64,000 nt of DNA from Patescibacteria group bacterium (GCA_041666845.1 JBAYGC010000007.1:6080-70079); one strand, 5' to 3'; shown: positions 18,807 through 27,333, numbered from the stretch's first letter. The notes: generated by a model from the letters alone, not told the origin. A program made the numbers and translations.

Positions 18807-19415
18807 TTACACCAAATCCTTCATCGGTGAGAAAGACACTCTATGAATCTTGCAAATACCATATTGATCGATCTTTCTCTGATGATGTTCCGTCCCGTAT
18901 CCTTTGTGTGTATGAAAACCGTATTCCGGAAATTCTTTATGTGCCGCTACCATAATATAATCACGGGTTACCTTGGCAATAATTGACGCTGCAGCGATCG
19001 ACGCCACTTTCTGATCACCTTTTTCTATAGCATGATGTTCGATACCGACGTGGTCAAGCAAAAAGTAATCAATCAGTAAATAATCCGGCCGAAGCAGAAG
19101 TTTCTTTACGGCTTGCTCCATCGCCAGCGCATTCGCTTCGTTAATACCGATCCGGTCAATTGTTTTTTCGGATACAATCCCGACACTCCAATTCAAAGCG
19201 TTCTTTACGATTTCCAAATAGAGTTGTTTGCGTCTGGTTGGAGTCAGTTGCTTAGAATCACGCAGTCCGTCAACGCGAAATCTGGGGTTTAGAATAACAC
19301 TGGCTGCTACAATCGGACCGGCCCACGCCCCGCGTCCAGCTTCATCAAGACCGGCTATTTTCAAGTAACCTTTCTTCTTCAGTTTTTCTTCTTCCAAATA
19401 CGTTGGTTCTACCAT
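18807..19415 (-). CDS. rnhB: Ribonuclease HII
   Basis: GLDEAGRG, DSKQL, IAAASIIAKVTRD, HKGYGT, HRVSF. Confidence 0.96.
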   Translation of the reverse strand: MVEPTYLEEEKLKKKGYLKIAGLDEAGRGAWAGPIVAASVILNPRFRVDGLRDSKQLTPTRRKQLYLEIVKNALNWSVGIVSEKTIDRIGINEANALAMEQAVKKLLLRPDYLLIDYFLLDHVGIEHHAIEKGDQKVASIAAASIIAKVTRDYIMVAAHKEFPEYGFHTHKGYGTEHHQRKIDQYGICKIHRVSFSPMKDLV

Positions 19416-19466
19416 AAATTTTCCTTACATAGACAGTATATCACTATTGCCTATATCGGAAAATAC

Positions 19467-20747
19467 TTATTTATAACCCTTTGCTTGTAGCGCGTCCGCT
19501 ACCCTTTGGATTGCCAGCACGTATGCGGCAGTCCTAAGGTCTGTTTTTAATTTTTCTTTGATCTCCCAGACATCATTGAACGCTGTAGTGATTAACTGTT
19601 TTAATTTTTTATTAACTACTTCTTCAGTCCAATAGTCATTAGAAATATTCTGTAGCCATTCAAAATAGGAAACCGTCACTCCGCCGGAGTTTGCCAAAAT
19701 ATCCGGCACTACCAGGATACCTCTCCTTGCCAGTTTTTCGTCCGCCTCGGAAGTAATTGGGCCGTTGGCCATTTCCAAGACTACTTTCGCTTTTACCTTT
19801 CCGGCATTCGCATCCGTGATTTGGTTCTCTAAAGCGGCCGGCACCAGAATATCACAGGTCAGTTCCAGCAATTTTTTGTCTGATACTTTCTCATAGTTCT
19901 TGCAGTCACACACCGTACCGGTACAATAACATCCGCTAGTTAAACCTTTCTTCTTTTTTGTATCCATTACATATTTCGGGTTGAGACCTTTACCACGCTT
20001 GTCATAGATATTCCCCCGCGAATCTGAGATGGCAATTATTTTATACCCTGCCTGATACGCGAATCTGGCAAAATGATATCCGACATTACCAAGCCCCTGG
20101 ATTACGATCTTTGTATTTTTGGGATTGAGTTTCAGTTTTTTAGCAACTTCTTGTAACAAATAAAACCCACCCAGTCCAGTAGCCGCTTCCCTGCCTTGAG
20201 AACCGCCTAAAGCCAGGGGTTTCCCGGTTAGTACCGCCGGTGTCGGATGACCGACCAATTTGCTGTATTCATCCACCATCCACCCCATTATCTTCGGGTT
20301 AGTATTAACGTCCGGCGCTGGTACATCCAGGTTCGGGCCAATAAAGTCCCGCACAGCATTAATATAACCCCTAGAGAGCCTTTCTAGCTCTCCTTCAGAA
20401 AGCTGTTTTGGATCAACTTTAATTCCGCCCTTCCCTCCGCCAAACGGGATATTAGCTACAGCTGTTTTCCAAGTCATCAATGCCGCTAAGGCTTTTACCT
20501 CATGCAAGTTGGCCTGGGGGTGGAAACGAATACCTCCTTTATACGGACCGCGGTCATTGTTGTATTGAACCCGGTAGCCTTCAAAAACTTTCCAAGTCTG
20601 GTCATCCATTTTTACCGGAATAGCAAACTGAAATGTTCTATAAGGAACTTTCAATATCTCATAAATATTCTGGTCCAAGCCGATTAAGTCTGCCGCTTTT
20701 TTAAGCTGTTCTAATGTGTTTGTAAAGGGATTCTTGGTTGTTGCCAT
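19467..20747 (-). CDS. gdhA: Glu/Leu/Phe/Val dehydrogenase (glutamate dehydrogenase)
   Basis: GPYKGGIRF, GGGKGG, DVPAPD, QGLGNVG, EMANGP, GGVTVSYFEW. Confidence 0.92.
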   Translation of the reverse strand: MATTKNPFTNTLEQLKKAADLIGLDQNIYEILKVPYRTFQFAIPVKMDDQTWKVFEGYRVQYNNDRGPYKGGIRFHPQANLHEVKALAALMTWKTAVANIPFGGGKGGIKVDPKQLSEGELERLSRGYINAVRDFIGPNLDVPAPDVNTNPKIMGWMVDEYSKLVGHPTPAVLTGKPLALGGSQGREAATGLGGFYLLQEVAKKLKLNPKNTKIVIQGLGNVGYHFARFAYQAGYKIIAISDSRGNIYDKRGKGLNPKYVMDTKKKKGLTSGCYCTGTVCDCKNYEKVSDKKLLELTCDILVPAALENQITDANAGKVKAKVVLEMANGPITSEADEKLARRGILVVPDILANSGGVTVSYFEWLQNISNDYWTEEVVNKKLKQLITTAFNDVWEIKEKLKTDLRTAAYVLAIQRVADALQAKGYK

Positions 20748-20766
20748 TTTATATATAGATTAATAG

Positions 20767-21966
20767 TTATTTGTATTCTTCCAAAGCAATCTTCAAAATT
20801 TCCATTGCTCTTTTTAACTGCTCTGTTTCAAGCACAAATGCAATGCGAATTTCATTCTTACCCGCGCCCTTTGTTTCGTAGAAACCGGCAGCCGGGGCGA
20901 ACATAACTGTTTCATTATTATGACTGAACTCTTCAAGCAACCAGCGGCAGAAATATTCTGCGTTAGCAATCGGCAATTCTGCGATTAGATAGAGTGCCCC
21001 CTGCGGGAGATAGAATTTTACGCCGGGAATTTTTTGTAAATATTTTGCGACTACATCTCTTCTTTTTTTATATTCCTTAACCATAGGAGTAATATATTTT
21101 GCCGGCTCCTGTAGCAGAGGCACCACTGCTAGCTGATCAATTGTCGGTGACGAAAGTCTGCCTTGGGCGAATTTCAAAACATTTTCCATAACACTTTTGT
21201 TTTTTGAAGCAACGCAACCGATGCGAGCACCACAGATATTAAAACGTTTGGAAACACTGTCCACGATAATAATCCGATCCTGGATTTTTTTAAACTCCAT
21301 CATACTGACTGCTTTGCCTTCGAATACTATCTCACGATAAACTTCATCAGCAATGATAAAAATATTATGTTTTTTTGCCAGCGCAGCGATCCTCCCTAGC
21401 TCTTCCCTGGTATAAACTGTACCGGTCGGATTAGAGGGATTACAAATAATGATTGCCTTGGTTTTCTTGGTAATTTTCTTTTCGATCAATTCATCGGGTG
21501 GTAGATGAAAACCATCTGCGAGGAATGTCTGAACCGGCACCGGAATTACCGAGGCCATCCGGGCATACGTAATGTAATTAGCATATAGTGGTTCAAAAAT
21601 AATCACTTCATCACCCGGATCAGCTACAGTCATCAGAGTAAAAATAATTGCTTCACTGCCCCCCGTTGTTACAATAATATCCTCACTTTCAAAAGGAATA
21701 TTATTTTTGTGATAATAATCTTTCCATGCGCTTATCGCATCAGTATACCCTTCTGACGGGGCATATGCCAAAGTCCTTTCTGCGAACTTTCTGACTTCTG
21801 TATAAAATCTTTTCGGGGTTTTTAAATCAGGTTGTCCAATATTTAAATGATAAACTTTAACCCCTCTCTTTTCTGTTTCACTGGCAACTGATGACAATTT
21901 TCTAATCGAAGAAGCGTGCATCCCAGCTGCACGAAAAGAAATTGGGGTTGAGTTTTCTAAAGACAT
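20767..21966 (-). CDS. PLP-dependent aminotransferase class I/II
   Basis: LNIGQPD, NPSNPTG, ADEVY, SVSKRF..CGARIG; ATG 21966 chosen because it avoids the trxB overlap. Confidence 0.9.
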   Translation of the reverse strand: MSLENSTPISFRAAGMHASSIRKLSSVASETEKRGVKVYHLNIGQPDLKTPKRFYTEVRKFAERTLAYAPSEGYTDAISAWKDYYHKNNIPFESEDIIVTTGGSEAIIFTLMTVADPGDEVIIFEPLYANYITYARMASVIPVPVQTFLADGFHLPPDELIEKKITKKTKAIIICNPSNPTGTVYTREELGRIAALAKKHNIFIIADEVYREIVFEGKAVSMMEFKKIQDRIIIVDSVSKRFNICGARIGCVASKNKSVMENVLKFAQGRLSSPTIDQLAVVPLLQEPAKYITPMVKEYKKRRDVVAKYLQKIPGVKFYLPQGALYLIAELPIANAEYFCRWLLEEFSHNNETVMFAPAAGFYETKGAGKNEIRIAFVLETEQLKRAMEILKIALEEYK

Positions 21967-21982
21967 ACGTCTTGATTTATGT

Positions 21983-22942
21983 TTAATTTTTTCTGCCCCA
22001 GTCCACACCGGCTGTTTTTCCTGCTTTATGCTGTAAGAATTTATAAGCCTGCAAAGCGGCTTTTGCTCCCTCGCCCGCTGAAATTACTATCTGTTTATAG
22101 GTAATATCCGTAACATCTCCGGCCGCAAATACACCCGGATAAGATGTTTCACAATTGCTGTTAATCTTGATCTGATTGCGTTCATTGCGTTCCACTAAAT
22201 CCTTCACAATCCCAGTTTTAGCAATATAACCCACTTCCACAAACACACCGTCACATTTAATTTCCTTTGCTTCGTTTGTCTGATTGTTTTTTACTTGTAT
22301 CGCACTAACAGTATTTTCTCCGGTTATTTCTGCTATTTCCGTATTCATTAACATCAAAACGTTATCTCTTTCTTTGAGTTTTTCTAATATTATTTTTTCT
22401 CCTCTGAACTCGTCACCCCTATGGATCAGATACACTTGTTTAGCAATTTTAGAAAGCAGTTCGGCAGAATCCAAAGCAGAATTCCCTCCGCCCACCACGA
22501 CAACAGTTTTGTTCTTAAACAATGGCCCGTCACAGGTAGAGCAATACGACACTCCTTTGTTTTTGAATTCTGACTCGCCCGGGACATTGAGGTCCCGCGG
22601 TGTTAATCCGAATGCCAGAATAATTACCTTTCCGTAAAATTCATCGTCGGCAGTCCTTACCAGGAACTGATCATCTGTTTTTTCAATCTGACTTACTTCG
22701 CGATAAACAATTTCCGCACCGTATTCTTCCGCCTGTTTTCTAAACCTTTCCATAATATTAAGTCCGGTTTCCTTCCCAAGCCCGGGATAATTCTCCACCA
22801 AACCGGCAATCGAAGCCTGCCCACCTAAATCTTTTGTAAGCACTACCGTCTTCAGTGTCCTGCGCGCAGCATAAATAGCCGCAGTCAGGCCGGCTGCTCC
22901 GGCGCCAATAATAATGCAGTCATATTCTCTTGCAGCGGACAT
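21983..22942 (-). CDS. trxB: Thioredoxin reductase
   Basis: GAGAAG, VENYPG, SYCSTCDG, GGGNSA, FAAGD. Confidence 0.93.
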   Translation of the reverse strand: MSAAREYDCIIIGAGAAGLTAAIYAARRTLKTVVLTKDLGGQASIAGLVENYPGLGKETGLNIMERFRKQAEEYGAEIVYREVSQIEKTDDQFLVRTADDEFYGKVIILAFGLTPRDLNVPGESEFKNKGVSYCSTCDGPLFKNKTVVVVGGGNSALDSAELLSKIAKQVYLIHRGDEFRGEKIILEKLKERDNVLMLMNTEIAEITGENTVSAIQVKNNQTNEAKEIKCDGVFVEVGYIAKTGIVKDLVERNERNQIKINSNCETSYPGVFAAGDVTDITYKQIVISAGEGAKAALQAYKFLQHKAGKTAGVDWGRKN

Positions 22943-22956
22943 TATTTATTGTTTAA

Positions 22957-23280
22957 TTATATATTTTCGTCAATTACCTTTTGCAGTTCTTCCTTGGACT
23001 GTGCTCCGATTGATTGTTTCACTACCTCCCCGTTCTTAAAAAACAAAAAGGTCGGGATACTCATGACACCGTATTTTTGTGTCGTCGTCTGGTTTTCATC
23101 GATATTCATTTTAGCAATTTTGACTGCCTTACCTTCATTATCTTTTACTAACTCTTCCATCACCGGCAACATTATTTTGCATGGTCCACACCATTCAGCC
23201 CAAATATCCACTAAAACCAACTTATCTGCTTTTAGTACTTCCGCATCAAAAGTACTGTCATTAATTTCGATACCTGCCAT
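22957..23280 (-). CDS. trxA: Thioredoxin
   Basis: WCGPC active site, SIPT. Confidence 0.96.
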   Translation of the reverse strand: MAGIEINDSTFDAEVLKADKLVLVDIWAEWCGPCKIMLPVMEELVKDNEGKAVKIAKMNIDENQTTTQKYGVMSIPTFLFFKNGEVVKQSIGAQSKEELQKVIDENI

Positions 23281-23299
23281 TTTATTATTCCTTTCTTAA

Positions 23300-23572
23300 T
23301 TATGTTATTTTAAATAAATTAGATGTAATCTTTTCTAAATCTTGTGACTTTTTCTTTATACTTCCTTCTCCAGTTAAACACTCCCTAGACTCATTGCGTA
23401 ATACGTTTACTCCCAAAGAATCCAACGATGCTCTTGCCGCCATCAGTTGGGTAATTATCTCTCCGCAATTGCGCTTACTTTGTAGCATTCTTTCAATCCC
23501 CTTCAGCTGGCCAATAATCCGCCGGAGATGAGCTTGATTCTTGGGTATTGGTATTTTAGCAGTGTCTGTCAT
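23300..23572 (-). CDS. CsoR/RcnR/CstR family transcriptional repressor
   Basis: LRRIIGQLKGIERML...C...QLMAARASL...ESREC; ATG at 23572. Confidence 0.88.
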   Translation of the reverse strand: MTDTAKIPIPKNQAHLRRIIGQLKGIERMLQSKRNCGEIITQLMAARASLDSLGVNVLRNESRECLTGEGSIKKKSQDLEKITSNLFKIT

Positions 23573-23589
23573 AATAGTGTAATTGTTAC

Positions 23590-23606
23590 ATACCCCCCCA
23601 GGGTAT
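23590..23606. promoter_or_regulatory. CsoR-family operator
   Basis: ATACCC-CCCCA-GGGTAT inverted repeat with a C-tract, just downstream of the -10 box. Confidence 0.8.
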
Positions 23607-23613
23607 ACTGACA

Positions 23614-23642
23614 ATATTAGACCAATTACGAATTATTGTCAA
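23614..23642 (-). promoter_or_regulatory. Promoter of the csoR-trxA-trxB operon
   Basis: TTGACA (23642-23637), 17 bp, TAATAT (23619-23614). Confidence 0.75.
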
Positions 23643-23662
23643 GCCGACATATAAAGTATAGT

Positions 23663-23693
23663 AAAAAAATGCCCCAACCAATAGTGGTGAGGC
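23663..23693 (-). terminator. csrA terminator
   Basis: GCCTCACCA-CTAT-TGGTTGGGGC followed by ATTTTTTT on the minus strand. Confidence 0.65.
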
Positions 23694-23720
23694 GAATGGA
23701 AAACAGGAATGTGCGAAATA

Positions 23721-23921
23721 CTAATCCCGTCTGGGCTTGTGCTTGATGCGCGGGGGTTTCCCCAAAGCGATCTCGTCAGCGATCTCCTTACGATGGACCG
23801 GGATGTCCTTGGGGGCGGTGATTCCGATCTGGACCTGGTCGCCACGGATGTCGACAATCATGATCGAAATTTGGTCTCCGATCACGATCACTTCGTTGAG
23901 TTTGCGACTCAAGATCAGCAT
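23721..23921 (-). CDS. csrA: Carbon storage regulator CsrA (GC-rich cassette 6)
   Basis: [18 protein letters not shown]...[18 protein letters not shown]; SD AAGGAGG points to ATG 23921. Confidence 0.93.
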   Translation of the reverse strand: MLILSRKLNEVIVIGDQISIMIVDIRGDQVQIGITAPKDIPVHRKEIADEIALGKPPRIKHKPRRD

Positions 23922-23976
23922 GGGTCTTCCTCCTTGAAGGGTCAAACTACCCCCGCAAAATAACGAGAGCCAAATT

Positions 23977-24005
23977 ACAATAGCAAGGATTAAATTTTAA
24001 TGCAA
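23977..24005 (-). promoter_or_regulatory. csrA promoter
   Basis: TTGCAT, 17 bp, TGn-TATTGT. Confidence 0.65.
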
Positions 24006-24010
24006 GTATT

Positions 24011-24026
24011 TGTTCTACGTGGAACA
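24011..24026. other. parS site (1 mismatch from the perfect palindrome)
   Basis: TGTTCTACGTGGAACA. Confidence 0.8.
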
Positions 24027-24229
24027 ATAATCAAAAACCGCCCTGTTTACATAGGACGGATCACTAATATTTTAATTAATTAAACTTCAAATTACTAAAC
24101 TTATATAAATGCATTTACTTAGTTGTAGTCTTTGAGCAATTGAAACCACCAACGAAGTAATTAATTAATGCCATGAATAACGCCGTAGACATTACGAGCG
24201 AGCTACAAACTCGTGAGGGGTAAATCGAG

Positions 24230-24305
24230 TGGTGGAGATGAGGGGACTCGAACCCCTAACCCCTTCCATGCCATGGAAGTGCTCTACCAATTGAGCCACA
24301 TCCCC
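24230..24305 (-). tRNA. tRNA-Ala(GGC)
   Basis: GGGGATG acceptor stem with G3:U70, anticodon arm CTTCC-ATGGCAT-GGAAG, T-loop GTTCGA, encoded CCA. Confidence 0.93.
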
Positions 24306-24588
24306 GTATATACTCCAGTATTTCTCTACGTCTATCCAATTCAGAGTAATCAAATTATATTATGCTTAACACAATATGTCTAGACGATGATACTTATACT
24401 ATTTATATTCCCGACTATTTATAATATTCATCTGATTCTTAAAGTAATACTTCGATTTGTGATTAGTATTGTTTACCCATATATCACTAGAATTTGTATT
24501 GCATCAAACAATAATATATTTACATTCGTCATGAATTACATTAATCCTGATATTGATTGTCACTACTAAACATTGAATAAAAGATAAA

Positions 24589-24604
24589 TGTTCCACGTGG
24601 AACA
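24589..24604. other. parS site (perfect palindrome)
   Basis: TGTTCCACGTGGAACA, inside a 26-bp palindrome at 24584-24609. Confidence 0.9.
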
Positions 24605-24666
24605 TTTATTCATATCTATATAAGAATGGGGAATTTATTCAAGTATTTTTAACATTGATCCGTGTC

Positions 24667-24740
24667 TGGTGGAGATACTGGGAATCGAACCCAGGCCTCA
24701 GCAATGCGAATGCTGCGTAATGCCTCTTTACTATATCCCC
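24667..24740 (-). tRNA. tRNA-Ala(CGC)
   Basis: GGGGATA/TATCTCC acceptor stem with G3:U70; CAGCA-TTCGCAT-TGCTG; encoded CCA. Confidence 0.88.
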
Positions 24741-24799
24741 AGCAAACATGGATCAATATTTGGCGTCTAATTAAACTATAGAAACAATATAATATACAG

Positions 24800-24874
24800 T
24801 GGTGCCCCCGGCAGGAATCGAACCTACATTTAAAGCTTAGGAGTCTCTCGTTCTATCCATTGAACTACGGGGGC
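24800..24874 (-). tRNA. tRNA-Arg(CCT)
   Basis: GCCCCCG acceptor stem, D-arm GTTCAATGGATAGAAC, anticodon loop CTCCTAA, encoded CCA. Confidence 0.9.
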
Positions 24875-25156
24875 AAATATAAACAAATAACTCGCTATTA
24901 GCACTACCCATTATCAGCCCAAGATCCACGTCTTTGAAGCAAACTGATCCACCCTAGGTAGAAACAATGGGTGTAAATCTCATATATACCCAAACATATA
25001 AACCACTCACTTACCCAAATTAACTATATGCTGGGATATACCACCGCAAAGTCACTAACAAACACAAATTCCAATAATTTGCAGATACGGGCTTCTATAT
25101 GAATTCAACAAATTAGCACAAGAGGGGATACTTTGCTCGTCTTTTGCGTCGTACAA

Positions 25157-25324
25157 CTATTTTATTACAGCTCCGGCAATCTTTTTACCAAGATTAGCAA
25201 TTATCTCAGTGTTTTTGTCCAAATATACTAAAGCAGTCAAAACGACCGTGAATAGTATAACAACCGCTAATAGGGTAATTAAATCACTTCTCAAATATGA
25301 AGTTTCTTTTTTTTCTTCTTCCAT
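25157..25324 (-). CDS. Small single-TM protein, 55 aa (not in the ORF track)
   Basis: Manual translation MEEEKKETSYLRSDLITLLAVVILFTVVLTALVYLDKNTEIIANLGKKIAGAVIK. Confidence 0.6.
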   Translation of the reverse strand: MEEEKKETSYLRSDLITLLAVVILFTVVLTALVYLDKNTEIIANLGKKIAGAVIK

Positions 25325-25417
25325 AATATTTTTCTAACTACGTATATTCTAATTAAAAAGTGATAATTGCACAAGTGATATTGACGGATATATCTATTTT
25401 ATGTTGTAGTATGTTAG

Positions 25418-25426
25418 TTATCCACA
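25418..25426 (+). promoter_or_regulatory. Isolated perfect DnaA box
   Basis: TTATCCACA. Confidence 0.55.
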
Positions 25427-25581
25427 GATTACCATATGAACATCTGTTTGCATATGTATTTTTGGACTAGAACCCCCAAAGTACCTAAGACCCCTTTGAA
25501 GCTATTAATTTCAAGTTCAGTTAATCGCCTGCTCATTGAGCTGTATAACTATCACTACCCAAAGCTATCTTACCAACAATC

Positions 25582-25610
25582 AAAAAACCTCCCCGGTGGG
25601 GGAGGATTTT
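25582..25610. terminator. Terminator of the rpmH-rnpA-yidD-yidC-PRC operon
   Basis: A6-CCTCCCC-GGTG-GGGGAGG-ATTTT. Confidence 0.75.
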
Positions 25611-25613
25611 ACT

Positions 25614-25916
25614 TTATAAAGAGACGGGTGGGGCAGATTTATTTTTACCAAGTTCTTTTGCGTTAAATAGTCTTTCCTTATTATCTCCGACAGAATCTTC
25701 CACGATCATTTTTTCTTTACTAATCGAAATGACTTGTGATTTATTAATAAGCAGTTCTTTTGAAAAAAACTCTTCAATCAGATTACTGCTCCTGATAATA
25801 TATTGCTCCACCTCGTGCGTATCAACATTGATAATTAATTCAGAAATTTTTCCCAATTCTTCACCTGAATTTGTAAAAACAGAGAGGTGTAGAAGTTTTT
25901 TGGAAGAAATTTTCAT
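25614..25916 (-). CDS. PRC-barrel domain protein
   Basis: LLHLSVFTNSGEELGKISELIIN...ELLI...VISISKEKMIV. Confidence 0.8.
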   Translation of the reverse strand: MKISSKKLLHLSVFTNSGEELGKISELIINVDTHEVEQYIIRSSNLIEEFFSKELLINKSQVISISKEKMIVEDSVGDNKERLFNAKELGKNKSAPPVSL

Positions 25917-25918
25917 GA

Positions 25919-26704
25919 TTATTTTTGATCAATGACTTCAGGTTGCCCGGATTTATTTTTTTTATCTCTAAAAATCAGATACTGCTGACCAACCTGAAAC
26001 AAAGTAGAGGTCGCCCAATAAAGAGTTAGCCCCGCAGGGAATTGGATACCGAAAATGACAGTAATCACCGGCATGAAATACATCATTTGACGATTCATAG
26101 CCGCGGCTTTCCCTTCATCTTTACTGCCCTTGGTATCAATTTCCGGTTTTCTGCGCATCATCATTTTCCCCTGCAAGAATTGCAGTCCGCCGGCGATAAG
26201 GGCCAGGATATAATTTCCTTTTTTTGCCAAATCGACAAAGCCCAGAAACATGGCATTAATCGGCGTTGTAGCATATACATCCTTTAAATACCCGTATAAA
26301 TGCTGTACTTGGTCAGCAACCAGAATCCCAGTTTGCGAATCAGTTGTTAAGCCCCCAAAAAACACTCTGTATAAGGCGATCAATATTGGTAGCTGAATCA
26401 ACAAGGGGAGACAGGAAGAGAAGGGATTTACCTTATTTTCCTTGTAAAAACTCATCAGCTGTTTGCCCATTTCCTCACGATTATCCTTATATTTAGCCTT
26501 AATTGCGTCTAATTTAGGCTGGGTTTCCTGCAGCGTCTTCTGTGATTTAATCGATGATCGAGATGGCAGATAAAGCACTAGTTTAATCAATAAAGTAAGG
26601 ACAATTATCGCAATCCCCAGGTCTTTCCAGGGCAAAATATCATAAATATAAATAAGACCGTTAAAGAGTGGTTCGTAGAGTACTGTGTTGAAAAATGCTG
26701 CCAT
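25919..26704 (-). CDS. yidC: Membrane protein insertase YidC (short form)
   Basis: LGIAIIVLTLLIKL, QPKL, NPFSSCLPLLIQLPI, PAGLTLYW. Confidence 0.95.
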   Translation of the reverse strand: MAAFFNTVLYEPLFNGLIYIYDILPWKDLGIAIIVLTLLIKLVLYLPSRSSIKSQKTLQETQPKLDAIKAKYKDNREEMGKQLMSFYKENKVNPFSSCLPLLIQLPILIALYRVFFGGLTTDSQTGILVADQVQHLYGYLKDVYATTPINAMFLGFVDLAKKGNYILALIAGGLQFLQGKMMMRRKPEIDTKGSKDEGKAAAMNRQMMYFMPVITVIFGIQFPAGLTLYWATSTLFQVGQQYLIFRDKKNKSGQPEVIDQK

Positions 26705-26717
26705 AATTAGTTTTAAA

Positions 26718-26996
26718 TTACTTATTTAAATCTACTGGATCATAACCACCTTGACTATGGGGGTTACATTTTAAGATGCGTTTTGCCGATTTTATCCCAC
26801 CTCTTACAACCCCAAATTTCCCTACTGCCTGATACGTATAATCCGAGCAGGTTGGGAAGTATTTACAATAACCATAGGGGTGTTTATAGGCAAATAGCCC
26901 GTGGTCAGGAGATAATGTTCTTTGATAAGCTTTAACCAATAATAAAACCGCCTTGCGCGGCAATAAAACCAGCTCATTAGTCCTTCTTCTCGGCAT
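26718..26996 (-). CDS. yidD: Membrane protein insertion efficiency factor YidD
   Basis: YQRTLSP, CKYFPTCSDY, RILKCNP..GGYDPV; exact start uncertain. Confidence 0.88.
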   Translation of the reverse strand: MPRRRTNELVLLPRKAVLLLVKAYQRTLSPDHGLFAYKHPYGYCKYFPTCSDYTYQAVGKFGVVRGGIKSAKRILKCNPHSQGGYDPVDLNK

Positions 26997-27333
26997 ATAA
27001 TCGTGATTTCCTAAACAATCTTTCAATTTCTTTTTCTATTTCGGTGAACTTTTTATTTTTTACTCCTGGTCGGGCGGAAATAATAAAGTCATACCCGGGT
27101 AAAATATCTTCAAGTTGTTTCTTGATAATCGCTCTCATTCTTCTCTTCAGTAGATTGCGATCAACGCTGTTTTTATAAATTTTAGAAGAGATAACAAAGC
27201 CAAAACGACTGTCCTCCTTTTTTCCTTTCTTGAGATACCGCAGAGAAAGCGCGGGCAGAAAAACCGAGTTTCTCCTTTCGTAGACTTTTTTAAAGTCCAC
27301 CTCATTGGTTAGGCGGTATTTTTTCGGAAGCAT
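26977..27333 (-). CDS. rnpA: Ribonuclease P protein component
   Basis: MLPKKYRL, RFGFVISSK, SVDRNLLKRRMR; synteny. Confidence 0.93.
   Translation of the reverse strand: MLPKKYRLTNEVDFKKVYERRNSVFLPALSLRYLKKGKKEDSRFGFVISSKIYKNSVDRNLLKRRMRAIIKKQLEDILPGYDFIISARPGVKNKKFTEIEKEIERLFRKSRLYAEKKD

Noticed and set aside
23573-23614. ORF-track N-terminal extension of the CsoR-family gene (similar extensions on csrA, prs, yebC and the aminotransferase)
   Set aside because: The extensions overlap promoter, operator or SD elements or neighbouring genes; downstream ATGs fit better.
2162-24005. Interpreting the GC-rich cassettes as integron cassettes, prophage or IS elements
   Set aside because: No integrase or transposase, attC-like sites, terminal repeats or phage structural genes; the units are dispersed and carry their own promoters.
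24387-24569. 60-aa plus-strand ORF between tRNAs
   Set aside because: Very AT-rich, antisense to the tRNA cluster, no recognisable motifs; likely spurious.
25436-25666. 76-aa plus-strand ORF
   Set aside because: Runs through a terminator and overlaps the PRC-barrel gene; no supporting signals.
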